Shown piece after piece: positions 53,331 to 64,000 of a DNA stretch of 64,000 nucleotides (the first letter of the stretch is position 1; each line of letters begins with the position of its first letter). The translations under genes were made by a program, and so were the position numbers. The DNA is from Takakia lepidozioides (Eukaryota > Plantae > Bryophyta), in the NCBI GenBank assembly GCA_030704615.1, contig CM060734.1, positions 26,040,001 to 26,104,000 of the forward strand, read 5' to 3'. A model generated the notes under the pieces. The model was given only the letters and a program-made list of their open reading frames with translations. It was not told the origin of the DNA and made no database searches.

Positions 53331-56300
53331 ACGGAGTTACCCAAGGGTTTTGAGGGGAGTACGGCTACAGGCAGTAACAGTGAGAGTGGGTTCACAAGAC
53401 GAGGTATTCGGTTCAGACCACCTTCACCGCCACCCTCAATTACTGTAGAGTCAGACACAACTCGGAGGCTTCATCAACAGGTGTGCACTTTCATTCGCCA
53501 TTGTTGTGGGACGACATGGAGGAGATGTATGGAGCTACCAAGGGGCCTCGTAGGTACTCTAGAGCTATGGGCACAATCGAGTTGGATGACTTTATCCAGG
53601 AGTTCGACAGCTGGTGTGATTTGCAGCAGATGCGCAATCCACAGCTATTCACCCCATTCATGGCGTGGAAGGGACTGTTCCAGCATTTGGAAGGCCCGCC
53701 TATGGACGATTACCACGAGTTCAGGCGAGGACATGAAGCAGAGATTGAGGAGTGGAGGATGTATTGGTCACCTGACTACGTCTCCATTACTCGAGGCATG
53801 ACGCGACCAGTAGCTGCATCAGTACCAATAGCTCCCACTGCCAGCACTAGTAGTGGAGCAAGTAGTGCTGGTACTTCTGTAGGTGCTACCAGTTCAAAAG
53901 GTGCTACTACTCCTCCTGCCACTACTACAACACATGTGCCTAGATTCAACCCGGTGGTGGAGTTCTTCCAGGAGTTGCGGAGGAACTACCAAGGTGTACG
54001 GACAGAGAAGCTGCGAAGTTTGCAAGACTTCCAGCGCAAACCCAATGAGAGCCTGCGAGAGGCGTACACTCGTATGAGGCGCTTGATAAGTGTGACCCAA
54101 GGGGTTACTGAAGCTCAGGCAATCCAGTTTTGGTATGGAATTCTGGACAAGAAGCTCAAGAGAAGGGTGCGAGATGCAACCTTGTTACAAGCAGCCCAAC
54201 CCACATTAGCAGATGTGTTTCTGCTGGCTGAGCGGATTGAGCTCAACATGGTGGAGGAGCGAGTTGTCACCATTGGATTTGGCAAGGACATGCCTGCACG
54301 AGGCGTAGCTGCCAGCCCACAGGCACAAGGTACTGCCCAGCAGCGTGGTCAGGGGGGCAAGGTTTCCCAACCCAAGTTCCATGGAGCTTACAGGGGACCT
54401 CAGGTGCAGAGGCCCGTGGCATCTTTTGCAGGCCAACAGCAACCAGGGGTGATATGTTGGACATGTGGAGGACCCCATGTCAAGAGAGATTGCCCAGAGA
54501 GTGGCAAAAGGCCGGCACAAGCACAGCCTGCACAGTTGCAGTGTGGGCATTGCGGCAAGTGTGGGCATGGAGATGCCCAATGTTATGACTTGCATCCTGA
54601 GTTGCGCCCAGGCCAGTTCCAAGGGAATAATGGTGGCCGGGGGCGAGGTGGACCAGCCCAAAGAGGACGAGGTGGTCGAGCACGAGGTGCAGGCCAAGGG
54701 CAAGCTCCACATGGCCAAGGACGCGGAGGTCAGGGTGTTGACCAAGGCATGGCCAATCGGCTTCAGCAGCTAGAGCAAAGGCTCGCTGCCATGGCTATAG
54801 CTCAGGCGGTACCGGCTCCCAGGCGGGATGGTCCACCTCTTGCTCCTGACGGAGGAGATATGGGAGGCATGGGATTCATGTGCGGAGCAGCACTACCACT
54901 AGAGCAGGTGGAGTCTGCTGCAGCCGTGACTCAAGGAGCAGCACGAGTTCCTGAGCCACGAGGTGCAGAGGTGGAGTTGGATCCACAACGTGGGGAGGCA
55001 AGCCGTCAGACAAGGCTGCCTCAGTCGTTCACCTTGGCGGAGACAGTGTCAACGCCATCCATGGCACCTAGTTCTCGCCCGACTGTTACCGAGGCGGAGG
55101 TTACTATGCCATTGGGGAGAGCTACACGTGCAGCACTGACACCTGCTACCAAGGCTAGTGCAGCCGGTGTGTTGTTGGGGGCAGCCACCTCTGTGTGTCA
55201 AGCCCCACTGTTCTCGGCAACCATGATTGCGACGCCGGGAGTGAGACCAGCTGCAGTGTTCAGACTAGCAGCAACACTCTGTGAGAGTGGGGATGTCACT
55301 TCATCTTCTGCGGAATTAGTGGAAGGTGTAGTGGCAGAGGGATCCTCGGATTTGAGGGTCAAGACTGCCACGGCAGCGCCTTGGCAAGCTGCAGCTGCCA
55401 GATTGATGGAGCTGCCAGCTAGGCCAGCCTTTGAGCGCGCCATGGTGACACCTGGAGTTGTCTTGTTAGACAACCAGGGAGGCATTTTCACTTTGAGTGG
55501 ACCGGCAGGCAAGAAGTACCGGCCACTGCGGGTCTTGTTGGACTCGGGAGCTCAGCCACTGATGTTGGGCAGAGCTGCTATTGCAGGTTTGGGCCTCATG
55601 GAGGCGGATATGGAGCCTTGCCCTTTCCAGATACAGACATCTCTGGGAGGATCAGAGCAGGCTCGGGGCATGACACGGCATCAGTTGGCCATTAGACTGC
55701 AGCCGGATCACCCTATCGATGGCTCAGTAATACGAGCCAAGGCCATTGTGACAGACGCAGTCTCTTACGATGTCCTCGTTGGTGGGGCAGTGTTATACCC
55801 TATGGGCTTCACCCTGGACTTTTGGGAGGAGTCAGCATCCTACAGGCCTGGATGGCAGTCAGGCGATGGTCGCCGTGCACAGCTCCCTGTGACATTCATT
55901 GGGGGTATAGCGGCTGCCCAGCGGGGCAAGATGCCAACACTAGCCGCCTTTACAGCTGCAGTTAGTTGGCCTGGAGAGTTGCTGGAAGGCAATGCCCATG
56001 CAGAGGATGTGCCACCTCCAGCAGAACAGGATGACATGCATGGTATGGCGGAGTTGCCTGCCATGGTTGCTCACACTCCATTGTGGGGTACGAGCAAGGA
56101 TTTGCAGCAGGTTGCTGATCGACGGGTGCAACAAGCCTGGGTAGAGGCTTTTGTTCCGTTAGGAGAGGAGGAGAGTGCGGGTATTGCACCAGGACCACCT
56201 CAGTTGTCACCATTGGATACCACACCTATTGTGTGGCAGTATCCGGATGAAGGCATTTGCCTTCTGGACTTGTTTGGCGGGATCAGCACCGGATTGGCTG

Positions 56301-59300
56301 CTGTGCTACAGGCAAGTGTACGAGTTCGACGTTACCTGTATGTGGAGAGGGATGAGACTGCACGACGCGTCTCACTGCGCCATGTTGCTCAGTTGGTATA
56401 ACAATACCCTGACTTGTTGCCAGTGTCTGCAGTTCGTGGATTCCAACAAGCCTTGCCAGCAGACATTTCTTTGCTGGGGGCGCAGGATTTAGAGCAGGTT
56501 GGCTCCATTGATCTGGTAATGGCAGGTTGGCCCTGCCAAGGGCATTCATCAGCCGGGCATGGCAATGGATTGCGAGACTCGAGGACGGGTATGTTTTGGG
56601 AGATGGTGCGGATTTTGCGCTGCTTGCAGCTTCGTCAAGCTGTATCTCCAGCATACATCTTGGAGAATGTACCACTGATGGGTGATTCTCGGGCCAGGGT
56701 GATGGCCAGTGTGCATCAAGTCCGGTCGTGGCTTGGGTCAGCAGTGTTGCTGGATGCAGCTGCAGTGGGGTCACGGGCTCATCGTCCACGGCTTTGGTGG
56801 ACTAACTTGATGCCACCCGCACTACTCAAGCGTGCATTTGATGGGGTGCAGCGGCCAGCACACCTTACCGTGGATGGCATTTTGGACACAGGGAGGCAGT
56901 CTCAACGTGTGAGACACGATGACCGTTCGCCTTTGGCAGTGGTCAACAGGGTGGGTCAACCACGAGCAGCATTACCTACACTGCTCAGCTTCCCAGGATC
57001 CCATGCTTTTCGGGATGGTGGACCTGGCCTCCTGTAGGATGCTCAGTTGCAACAGTTAGTGGAGCCTAATGCCGACGAGCGAGAGCGGGCTATGGGGTTT
57101 TCCACTGGGACCACGGCGGTGCCTTCTCTTTCTGAGGCATCACGTCGGCAGGTGTTGGGGCAAGCAATGGATCTCAATTGCTTGACCTGGATTATCAGCT
57201 TGGCTATGGCTGAGCAACGTAGAGTGCGGAGCGCACTTCCCTGGACGGTCTCTCTGCCTACCGAGACGGTACAGGCAGCGAGTGGGGGCGAGCCGGTGAG
57301 GACCACGGGGTGTAGACATCCATGGCACACGTGGGAGGTGCTCGAGGTTCAGAGGGAGTTGGCAGCCAAAGCAGCTGTGATGGATGAGGTTGGGGATTCT
57401 TCTCGGGATGAGGAGGTTCTCAATGATGAGATGATGGGGCAGGATGAGGCATTGTCATTGACTGAGCAAGAAAGAAGTACTGCTCAAGAGGTTGCAGCAT
57501 AGCAACCACGGGACGCGTCCTCTACCTCTAAGCCCACTGGACTTAAGGTTGCAGTCACGGAGGACAATTGGGAGCCTGACATTGGACCCATTGTCACCGG
57601 AGGAGAGAGACGACGTATATGGCGGTTCATGAGGGCTTACAGGAATTGCTTTGCCTTCAGTTTGAAGGACTTGGGAGCACTGAAGGGTCAAGAGATCCAT
57701 ATTGAGTTGGCCACTGACACGCCAATCTTTCGGAGACCCTATAGATACAGTGACATGGAGAGGTCTTTGATTCAGATGAGGACTCAAGATCTCTGGGAGG
57801 CAGGTTTGGTGGAGCTCTCTGGTGGAGAGTATGCTTCAGCCACAGTGATGCCAGCTAAGAAGGATGTCTATGGCAATTGGACGGAGAGACGTATGTGCGG
57901 TGATTACCGGCCTGTAAATCGTCAGACCAAGTCCGATAGGTATGCCATGCCAACACCAGAGGAGATCTTTGATGCCATTGGGCATTCCAAGGTCTTTAGC
58001 ACGTTGGATTTACGATCCGGATATCACCAGTTGCCGATCAAGGAGGCGGATAAGCAAAAGACGGCATTCTGGGGGATCAATGAGCACGGGAAGGATTGCC
58101 TATACCAGTGGCGGTTCTTACCATTTGGGCTTAAAAACGCTCCCGCTGAGTTTCAAAGAGTCATGGATAGGATTCTAGCAGGGGTGGAGTTTGCTCGGTG
58201 CTACATAGATGACATCATCATCTTTAGTGCTACGGTGGAGGAGCATGAGAGACACCTTCAGGGGGTATTTGAGCGCTTAAGGACGCACGGATTGAAGTTA
58301 CATCCGGGCAAGTGCAAGTTTTTCCACAACCAGATTGAGTATCTGGGTCACATGATATATCCTGGAGGATTGGGGGTACAACAGACTAAGGTAGAGTCCA
58401 TAGCACAGGTTCCACGCCCCACGGACGTGAGCCGAGTTTGAGCTTTCATGGGGTTAGCAAACTATTATAGACGGTTTGTTAAGGGATTCAGTGCCATTGC
58501 AAAGGCTCTAACCAAGCTGACCAAGGTGGACCAGGAGTGGCAATGGGAAGATGAGCAAGAACAAGCTTTTCAAGAGCTCAAGGCGAGGTTGACCTCGGCG
58601 CCCATCTTGAGACGACCTATCAGGGGGCATCCTTTTCAGCTGCATACAGATTGGAGCATGCTGGGGCTTGGAGCGGTGCTCACACAGGTGGATGATGAGG
58701 GAAGAGAGTTCGTAGTGGCTTATGCTAGCCGCTCAAACAATGCTGCAGAGTCTAAGTATAGCTCATATGAGGGAGAATGCTTAGCTGCAGTGTGGGCCGT
58801 GGCACACTTCAGGTGCTATCTATACGGCAATCTCTTCACCTTTGTCACGGATCACCAACCACTCAAGTGGTTGATGGAGTCAGACAAGCTTACGGGGAAG
58901 CTTGCACGGTGGGCACTCATCCTTCAAGAGTATGACTTTCAGGTGGTGCATCGACCGGGTTTGGTCAATCGCAATGCAGATGGGTTGAGTCGCAATCCAT
59001 GCACGAGCCAACAGGATGACACTGGAGCTCGGTGGCATGGTGAGACGGACGAGGAGATGGTGCCTGGATGGCATGCATCTGCATTTCTGTGTATCTTGGC
59101 AACGGAAGGCCAGGTTGGACCTGCAACAGGGATGACTGTAGATCAAGTGTCTGAGGACCCTGAGGCCAGCAATGAGCAAGGTAGCGCCAAAGATATACAT
59201 GAGGATTCAGTTGTGTTGGACTACCTCCGCACTGGAGACACGGCAGCCACTGTGACTGCCAAGGAGAGGGATCGGATCCTACAACGAGCCAAGAGGTTCA

Positions 59301-60457
59301 GGTGGGAGGGGACACACCTGCTCCGAGTGTGGGAGGATGGTCGAGTGAGGATTGTGCCTCACCCAACACAGCGGGCACGGTTAGTGCGCCATGCCCATGA
59401 GGAGTTGGGGCATTTTGGGGTGCGACGCACTCATAGTCTACTGCAGGGGCAGTATTGGTGGCGTGGTATGCACACAGAGGTGCAACAATTTGTGGCTAGG
59501 TGCATGGTGTGTGACAGGGTGCGTGCTTCATTCAACGCCCCTACTCCACAATTGCACCCTCTTCCGATCATGGGATTGGGCTACAGGTGGAGTCTTGACT
59601 TCGCAGGGCCGTTGCCACTGACCATGCGCCACAACAAGTACGTGTTGGTGATGGTGGAGCACTTCTCCAAGTGGATTGAATTGGTTCCATTGCCTGATAA
59701 GGCTAGTGAGGGAGCTGCGTATGCATTCCTGGATTGTGTGCTTAGCCGATTTGGTGCTCCAGCTGAGGTACTCGCGGACCAAGGGAGAGAGTTCTTGGGG
59801 GAGTTTCAGGCTTTGTGTGACAAGGCCTTGATAGACCACCGCACCACTTCTCGGGATCATCCTGAGGCCGATGGCTTGGCAGAGAGAGTTGTTCAGACAG
59901 TAAAGAGGGGTTTGCGCAAGTATGGCTTGCAGAAGGGACACCTAGGAGATTGGGACCTTCAGTTACCCTGGTTAGCCATGGGCTACAGGTTCAGCAAGCA
60001 AGCATCACTTGCCTCCTTCTCACCATACTTTCTTCTCTTTGGCCGAGAGCCGGATTTGCCTACATCCATTCGTAGAGAAGCTGCTACAGTTCTTAACCTT
60101 GACGATCCGGACGTGTGGGCACGTGCATGTGAGCAGCGTGCAGAGTTGTTCAAGAGAGTCATGCCCATGGCTTTCGAGAACCTTGCCATTGCACAACACC
60201 GTGATACGTTGAGGTATGCTACCATACGTGGTGGGGGCTATCGTCCTGGGGTTCGGAGATTCAACCCTGGTGACTATGTCTATCTGTAGCAGACTGCTCC
60301 TACGACCCTGGATGTGACTGCAGGACGTGTTATTTTGAGGGTTCGAGAGGTCTTGCCCTCAGGCGTCTTGGTCTTGGAGGGTCGGGATGGCATAACTTGG
60401 AAGGACCATGTGCATAATTGTGCGCCATGTCACCTTCCGAATGTCGATGGCTGTGTG
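53331..60457 (+). pseudogene. Gag-PR-DNMT-RT-RNaseH-IN polyprotein, single frame from 53483 with five premature stops
   Basis: ORFs 53483, 56414, 57047, 57629 and 58448 share one frame. Knuckles CWTCGGPHVKRDC and CGHCGKCGHGDAQC; DSG at 55541; YIDD at 58202; LHTDWS/TDHQ; HAHEELGH..CMVC; LDFAG/ADQG/AERV. Confidence 0.95.
56255..57200 (+). other. C5 DNA cytosine methyltransferase domain, DNMT3-like, motifs I-X in linear order
   Basis: Motif I LDLFGGIST, II YVERD, III ADI, IV GWPCQG (Cys at 56534), VI ILENV (56663), VIII HRPRLWWTN (56783), IX ERERAMGF, X RRQVLGQAMD. Confidence 0.93.
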
Positions 60458-63400
60458 TCGATTACAGGGCTCTGAATAAGGTGACTATCAAAAACCGGGA
60501 TCGACAACCTCTTTGATCGGTTGGCAGGAGCAAATTATTTCAGCCGGATCGATTTGCGCTCAGGTTACCATCAAATCCGAGTGGCAGAAGGAGATGAGGA
60601 GAAGACCGCGTGCATGACAAGATATGGTTCATATGAGTTCTTGGTGATGCCTTTTGGGCTCACCAACGCACCCGCGACCTTTAGCATGCTAATGAACAGC
60701 CTTTTCCAGGAGTGGTTGGATGACTTTGTGATCGTGTACATTGACGACATCTTGGTGTACTCGAAAACAAAGGAAGAGCACCTGGAGCACCTCAAAAGGG
60801 TGTTCCAGAAATTGCGGGAAGGGAAGCTGTATGCCAAAGCTTCAAAGTGCGAATTCGGGGTCGCAAAAGTGGAGTTCCTAGGGCATGTGATTACACAGGA
60901 TGGGATCAAAATGGATGATAGAAAGGTGAGGGCGATCTTGGATTGGGAGCCTCCGACTTCGGTCCCAGGAGTGCGATCCTTCTTAGGACTCGCCTCCTAT
61001 TACTGAAAGTATGTGAGAAATTTTGCCAAGATCGCGGGGCCACTGTCAGACCTTCTGTGTAAGTCCAAGGTATGGGTATGGAACACCTTTTGTGGCCAAG
61101 CTTTTGCCGAGTTGAAGCAGCAGATGGCGGAAGCTCTAGTCCTGAAAATCCCGGAGTTCGACCGTCCATTTGAGATCCATACAGATGCGTCGGACTTCGC
61201 AATTGGGGGTGTGCTCATGCAGGATGGACGTCCAGTGGCTTACGAAAGTAAGAAACTGAATGAAGTGGAGCGACGGTGGCCTACGCATGAGAAAGAACCG
61301 CGACACTCTTGAAGAAAGAGTATTTCTGGCCCAAACTGAGGGAGGAGGCCGAGGAGTATGTCAAGACATGCACCACATGCCAACAAAACCGGAGCGAGTA
61401 CAAAAAGCAAGCGGGGCTGTTACAACCTTTGCCGATTCCAGAGGGGTCTTGGGAAAGTGTCTCGATGGATTTCATGACTGCTTTGCCGCTGTCAAAAGGA
61501 TTCGATGCAATCATGGTAGTGGTGGATAGGTTTAGTAAAATGGGTCATTTCATCCCCACCAAAGAGACGGCAACGGCGCAGGAGACGGGGCGACTTTACT
61601 TCGCCCATGTCTTCAAGCATCATGGACTCCCGAAGGATATTATCTCGGATCGCGATCCAAAGTTTACAAGTAAATTTTGGAGGGCACTTTGGAAGAAGAT
61701 GGGAACGAGGCTCAAGATGAGTACGGCCTTCCGACCTACAACGGACGGCCAAATGGAAAGAGTGAATTCCGTGGTGAAGCAGATCTTGCGGAATTATGTG
61801 TCGGCAGACCAGTCAGACTGGGTGGAGCACTTGGATGCGGCAGAGTTCTGTTATACAACAAAACACAAAACACTTCGCAATGGGAGTTTACCTTTTCATA
61901 TTGGTCTATGGAAAAGCACCTTGGTGCCGACAAGTTGGGCCGCCCAGGACGTTGAGGAACCGGCAGCAGCAGCGGTGCTGGAAGAACGAGAGCGTTTATT
62001 GGAGCTTACAAAGTACAACATTGCCAAAGCTAAGAAACGGTATGAACGGCAGGCGAATCGAAAGCGGAGGGAAGTTAAGTTTGAGGCAGGCACGGAGGTC
62101 TGGTTGAACATCAAGAATTTTTGACTACCTCCGGAAGTGAGTCCAAAGTTTGTACCTCTGTATGCGGGGCATTTTCGCATCCGGAAGGTTATGAATGAGG
62201 ATGTGTATAAATTGGAGCTGCCGGCAAACAGCAAGGTGCATCCGGTATTCCACGTTTCCCTTCTACCAACCACCCCCTGCCCTTCAGAGGTGTCATCTCC
62301 ACTTTCTTCTGCTGCAGGCTCAGTGACAGTCCGCGGAGATCGCGAATCTTTCTGCAAGACAACCTTTCATCCCCTACGGTTATTGTCATCTTAAAGAAAA
62401 CTTCATCGACTTGCGAGGGGTAGATGAATGGCTGCTCATTTCTTGCTGGTGAAATTGAAGAAAACAGGTCGTAGGCCTCCGTAATCCAATTCCAAGATCT
62501 CATCAATGACCCCCACATATTTCAAAGAGTCTATCATTGGATTGGAATCAGTTGAAACATTTATTTCTTGCTAAAAAATTGAACTCACCCCAAAATCAAA
62601 GCTTACATGCGAACATCCATCCCTGTATGATTTCCTGTAATGGTTTCCATGTGCCCTCATTGAGGGGTATGATTTCACATGCAACAACGGACGCAAACTC
62701 AGACGCCGAACGTCCATGTCCACATCCACCGTGTTCCTCACCTCATTGTCCACTGCCTCTTGTAACCGCTCCACAAAAAAGGGAAAGCGCGTCCGAATCG
62801 GCATCGAGTGTTGCGTCCGCCACCTGTTCTGTTGGATCATGAAAATGAACCTAAGTACGAGGTGGAGGCAGTGCTTAAGTCGAGGAGGTTCAAGAATCGA
62901 GAAACGGAGTATCTCGTGAAATGGAAGGGCTATCATTAAGTGGAGGCAACTTGGGTGCGTGCCTCAGACATCCGAGGCGGTTGCAGCTTTCGAAGGGCGA
63001 CCTCAGAAGCGGAAGAAGCGTTGATGGGGACATCAACCTTGGATCGTGGGGGAGGAAATGCATGCTTAGTCCGGCTTAGCTAGCTCAGGAATCCGATTGC
63101 AAAAACTTATGTTGTACAAATTTTGTTTATAAATGAAATGGTTTCCAAATGTTGTGCGTCCTATTTTGTTTGGAATGGTGATGCATGGTATGGTTGGCTA
63201 GTGTGTAGAATGCATGCTAGCTTACAAAAGTGGGAGAGGTAAATTGGATTAATCGTGTGTTTGCGCAGTGCCGAAATCGGGTGACTCCCATCCAAGGGGC
63301 AAGGAAACTTGCGCCTTCTTTGGGAGTTCATGTGCTAGTGCGCACCTGGCGCATGCGCGTACTATAACTACACTACCGAGGGGGGTGCCTTGTAGTGCGG

Positions 63401-64000
63401 GCTAACGCGGAAGCTACGTGCTTTCGTTCACGTACTATAATCATGTAGCCTCGGGACGAAGTCGTAATGCGGCTTCGGCGTGTTCCCGTACCTCAGACCA
63501 GCATTCCAAGGCGGACCCAATTGTAGTGATTGGGGCGCACGGTTGGTTCAAGGTTATCTTCCTAGTAAAAAAGGGTTCAATGTGAACCCTTGCTCAAGGT
63601 GATGCAAAAAAAATGGCATCATGAGCGGTCGCAAGCAATGTTGTTGCAGTAAGGAGATTCGATCCTCGGGGAGGATCGTTCCTTGGCCTTGAAGTGGGCC
63701 AAGAAGAGTGCACTGGGTGGAGCTTGAGAGGCTCCACCCTTGGCCGGGACTTGGAGGAAGTCGGCCGAACTAGCTAGTGGAGAGTAGAGTCAAGTGGGGG
63801 TTTGGTTCTTTGCCATGGGACGCCATGGTACGGAAACAAACTCCTTGATGTGGGACGCCACAACTTGGATGTTAGTTTCTACAAAATAGATAAGTCGATG
63901 AGGACATCGACTCCCCGTTGGGGGGGTTGCTATTCCATGAGCTCATGAGCCCATGAACGGCCATGCATGAGCCATGAGCCGCCAAGTAACACTCTACGAA
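60452..64000 (+). mobile_element. Chromovirus B2, 3' part (RT-RH, internal deletion at ~61295, IN, chromodomain, PPT 63048-63058, 3' LTR from 63059)
   Basis: Near-identical to B1 pol. Resumes at CVDYR. Sequence after the PPT matches 41717-41471. Confidence 0.92.
62265..62784 (-). mobile_element. CACTA/EnSpm transposase fragment (DUF4216-like) inserted in the B2 integrase tail
   Basis: Minus strand reads YPSMRAHGNHYR...YVGVIDEILELDYGGLRPVFF and EQPFIYPSQVDEVFF. Segment absent from B1. Confidence 0.75.

Larger units (their letters stand above)
49064..60457 (+). mobile_element. Family A Gypsy copy A3 carrying a cytosine methyltransferase domain; 3' end deleted
   Basis: Starts TGTCAAGTT with ~400 bp similar to the A2 start. 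Shares the pre-gag region with A1 and A2. One reading frame covers gag through integrase. Confidence 0.93.

Noticed and set aside
56255-57200. Host DRM/DNMT3 gene or bacterial restriction-modification contamination
   Set aside because: Intronless, in frame within a retrotransposon polyprotein, no UBA/PWWP domains and no neighbouring endonuclease.

Overview
Eukaryotic nuclear DNA from a land plant, probably a bryophyte (bryophyte-like 5S rRNA sequence, PPR E/E+ remnant, spliced plant HDAC). The window holds one apparently intact host gene, an 8-exon HDA19-like class I histone deacetylase (12606-18047, +) with a long low-complexity tail. The rest is a nested transposon and satellite landscape: a degenerate L1 LINE, three copies of one Ty3/Gypsy family (A1-A3), two chromodomain Gypsy elements (B1, B2), hAT and Mutator-type MITEs, three tandem arrays and a 500-N gap. 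The main finding is copy A3 (49064-60457). It encodes a single-frame Gag-PR-DNMT-RT-RNaseH-IN polyprotein with a complete DNMT3-like C5 cytosine methyltransferase domain between protease and RT. The second finding is a 345-bp retroposed insert in HDAC intron 7, made of a full-length 5S rRNA head plus a LINE-like tail and flanked by a perfect 15-bp TSD (a candidate plant SINE3). All calls come from manual reading; no searches were run.
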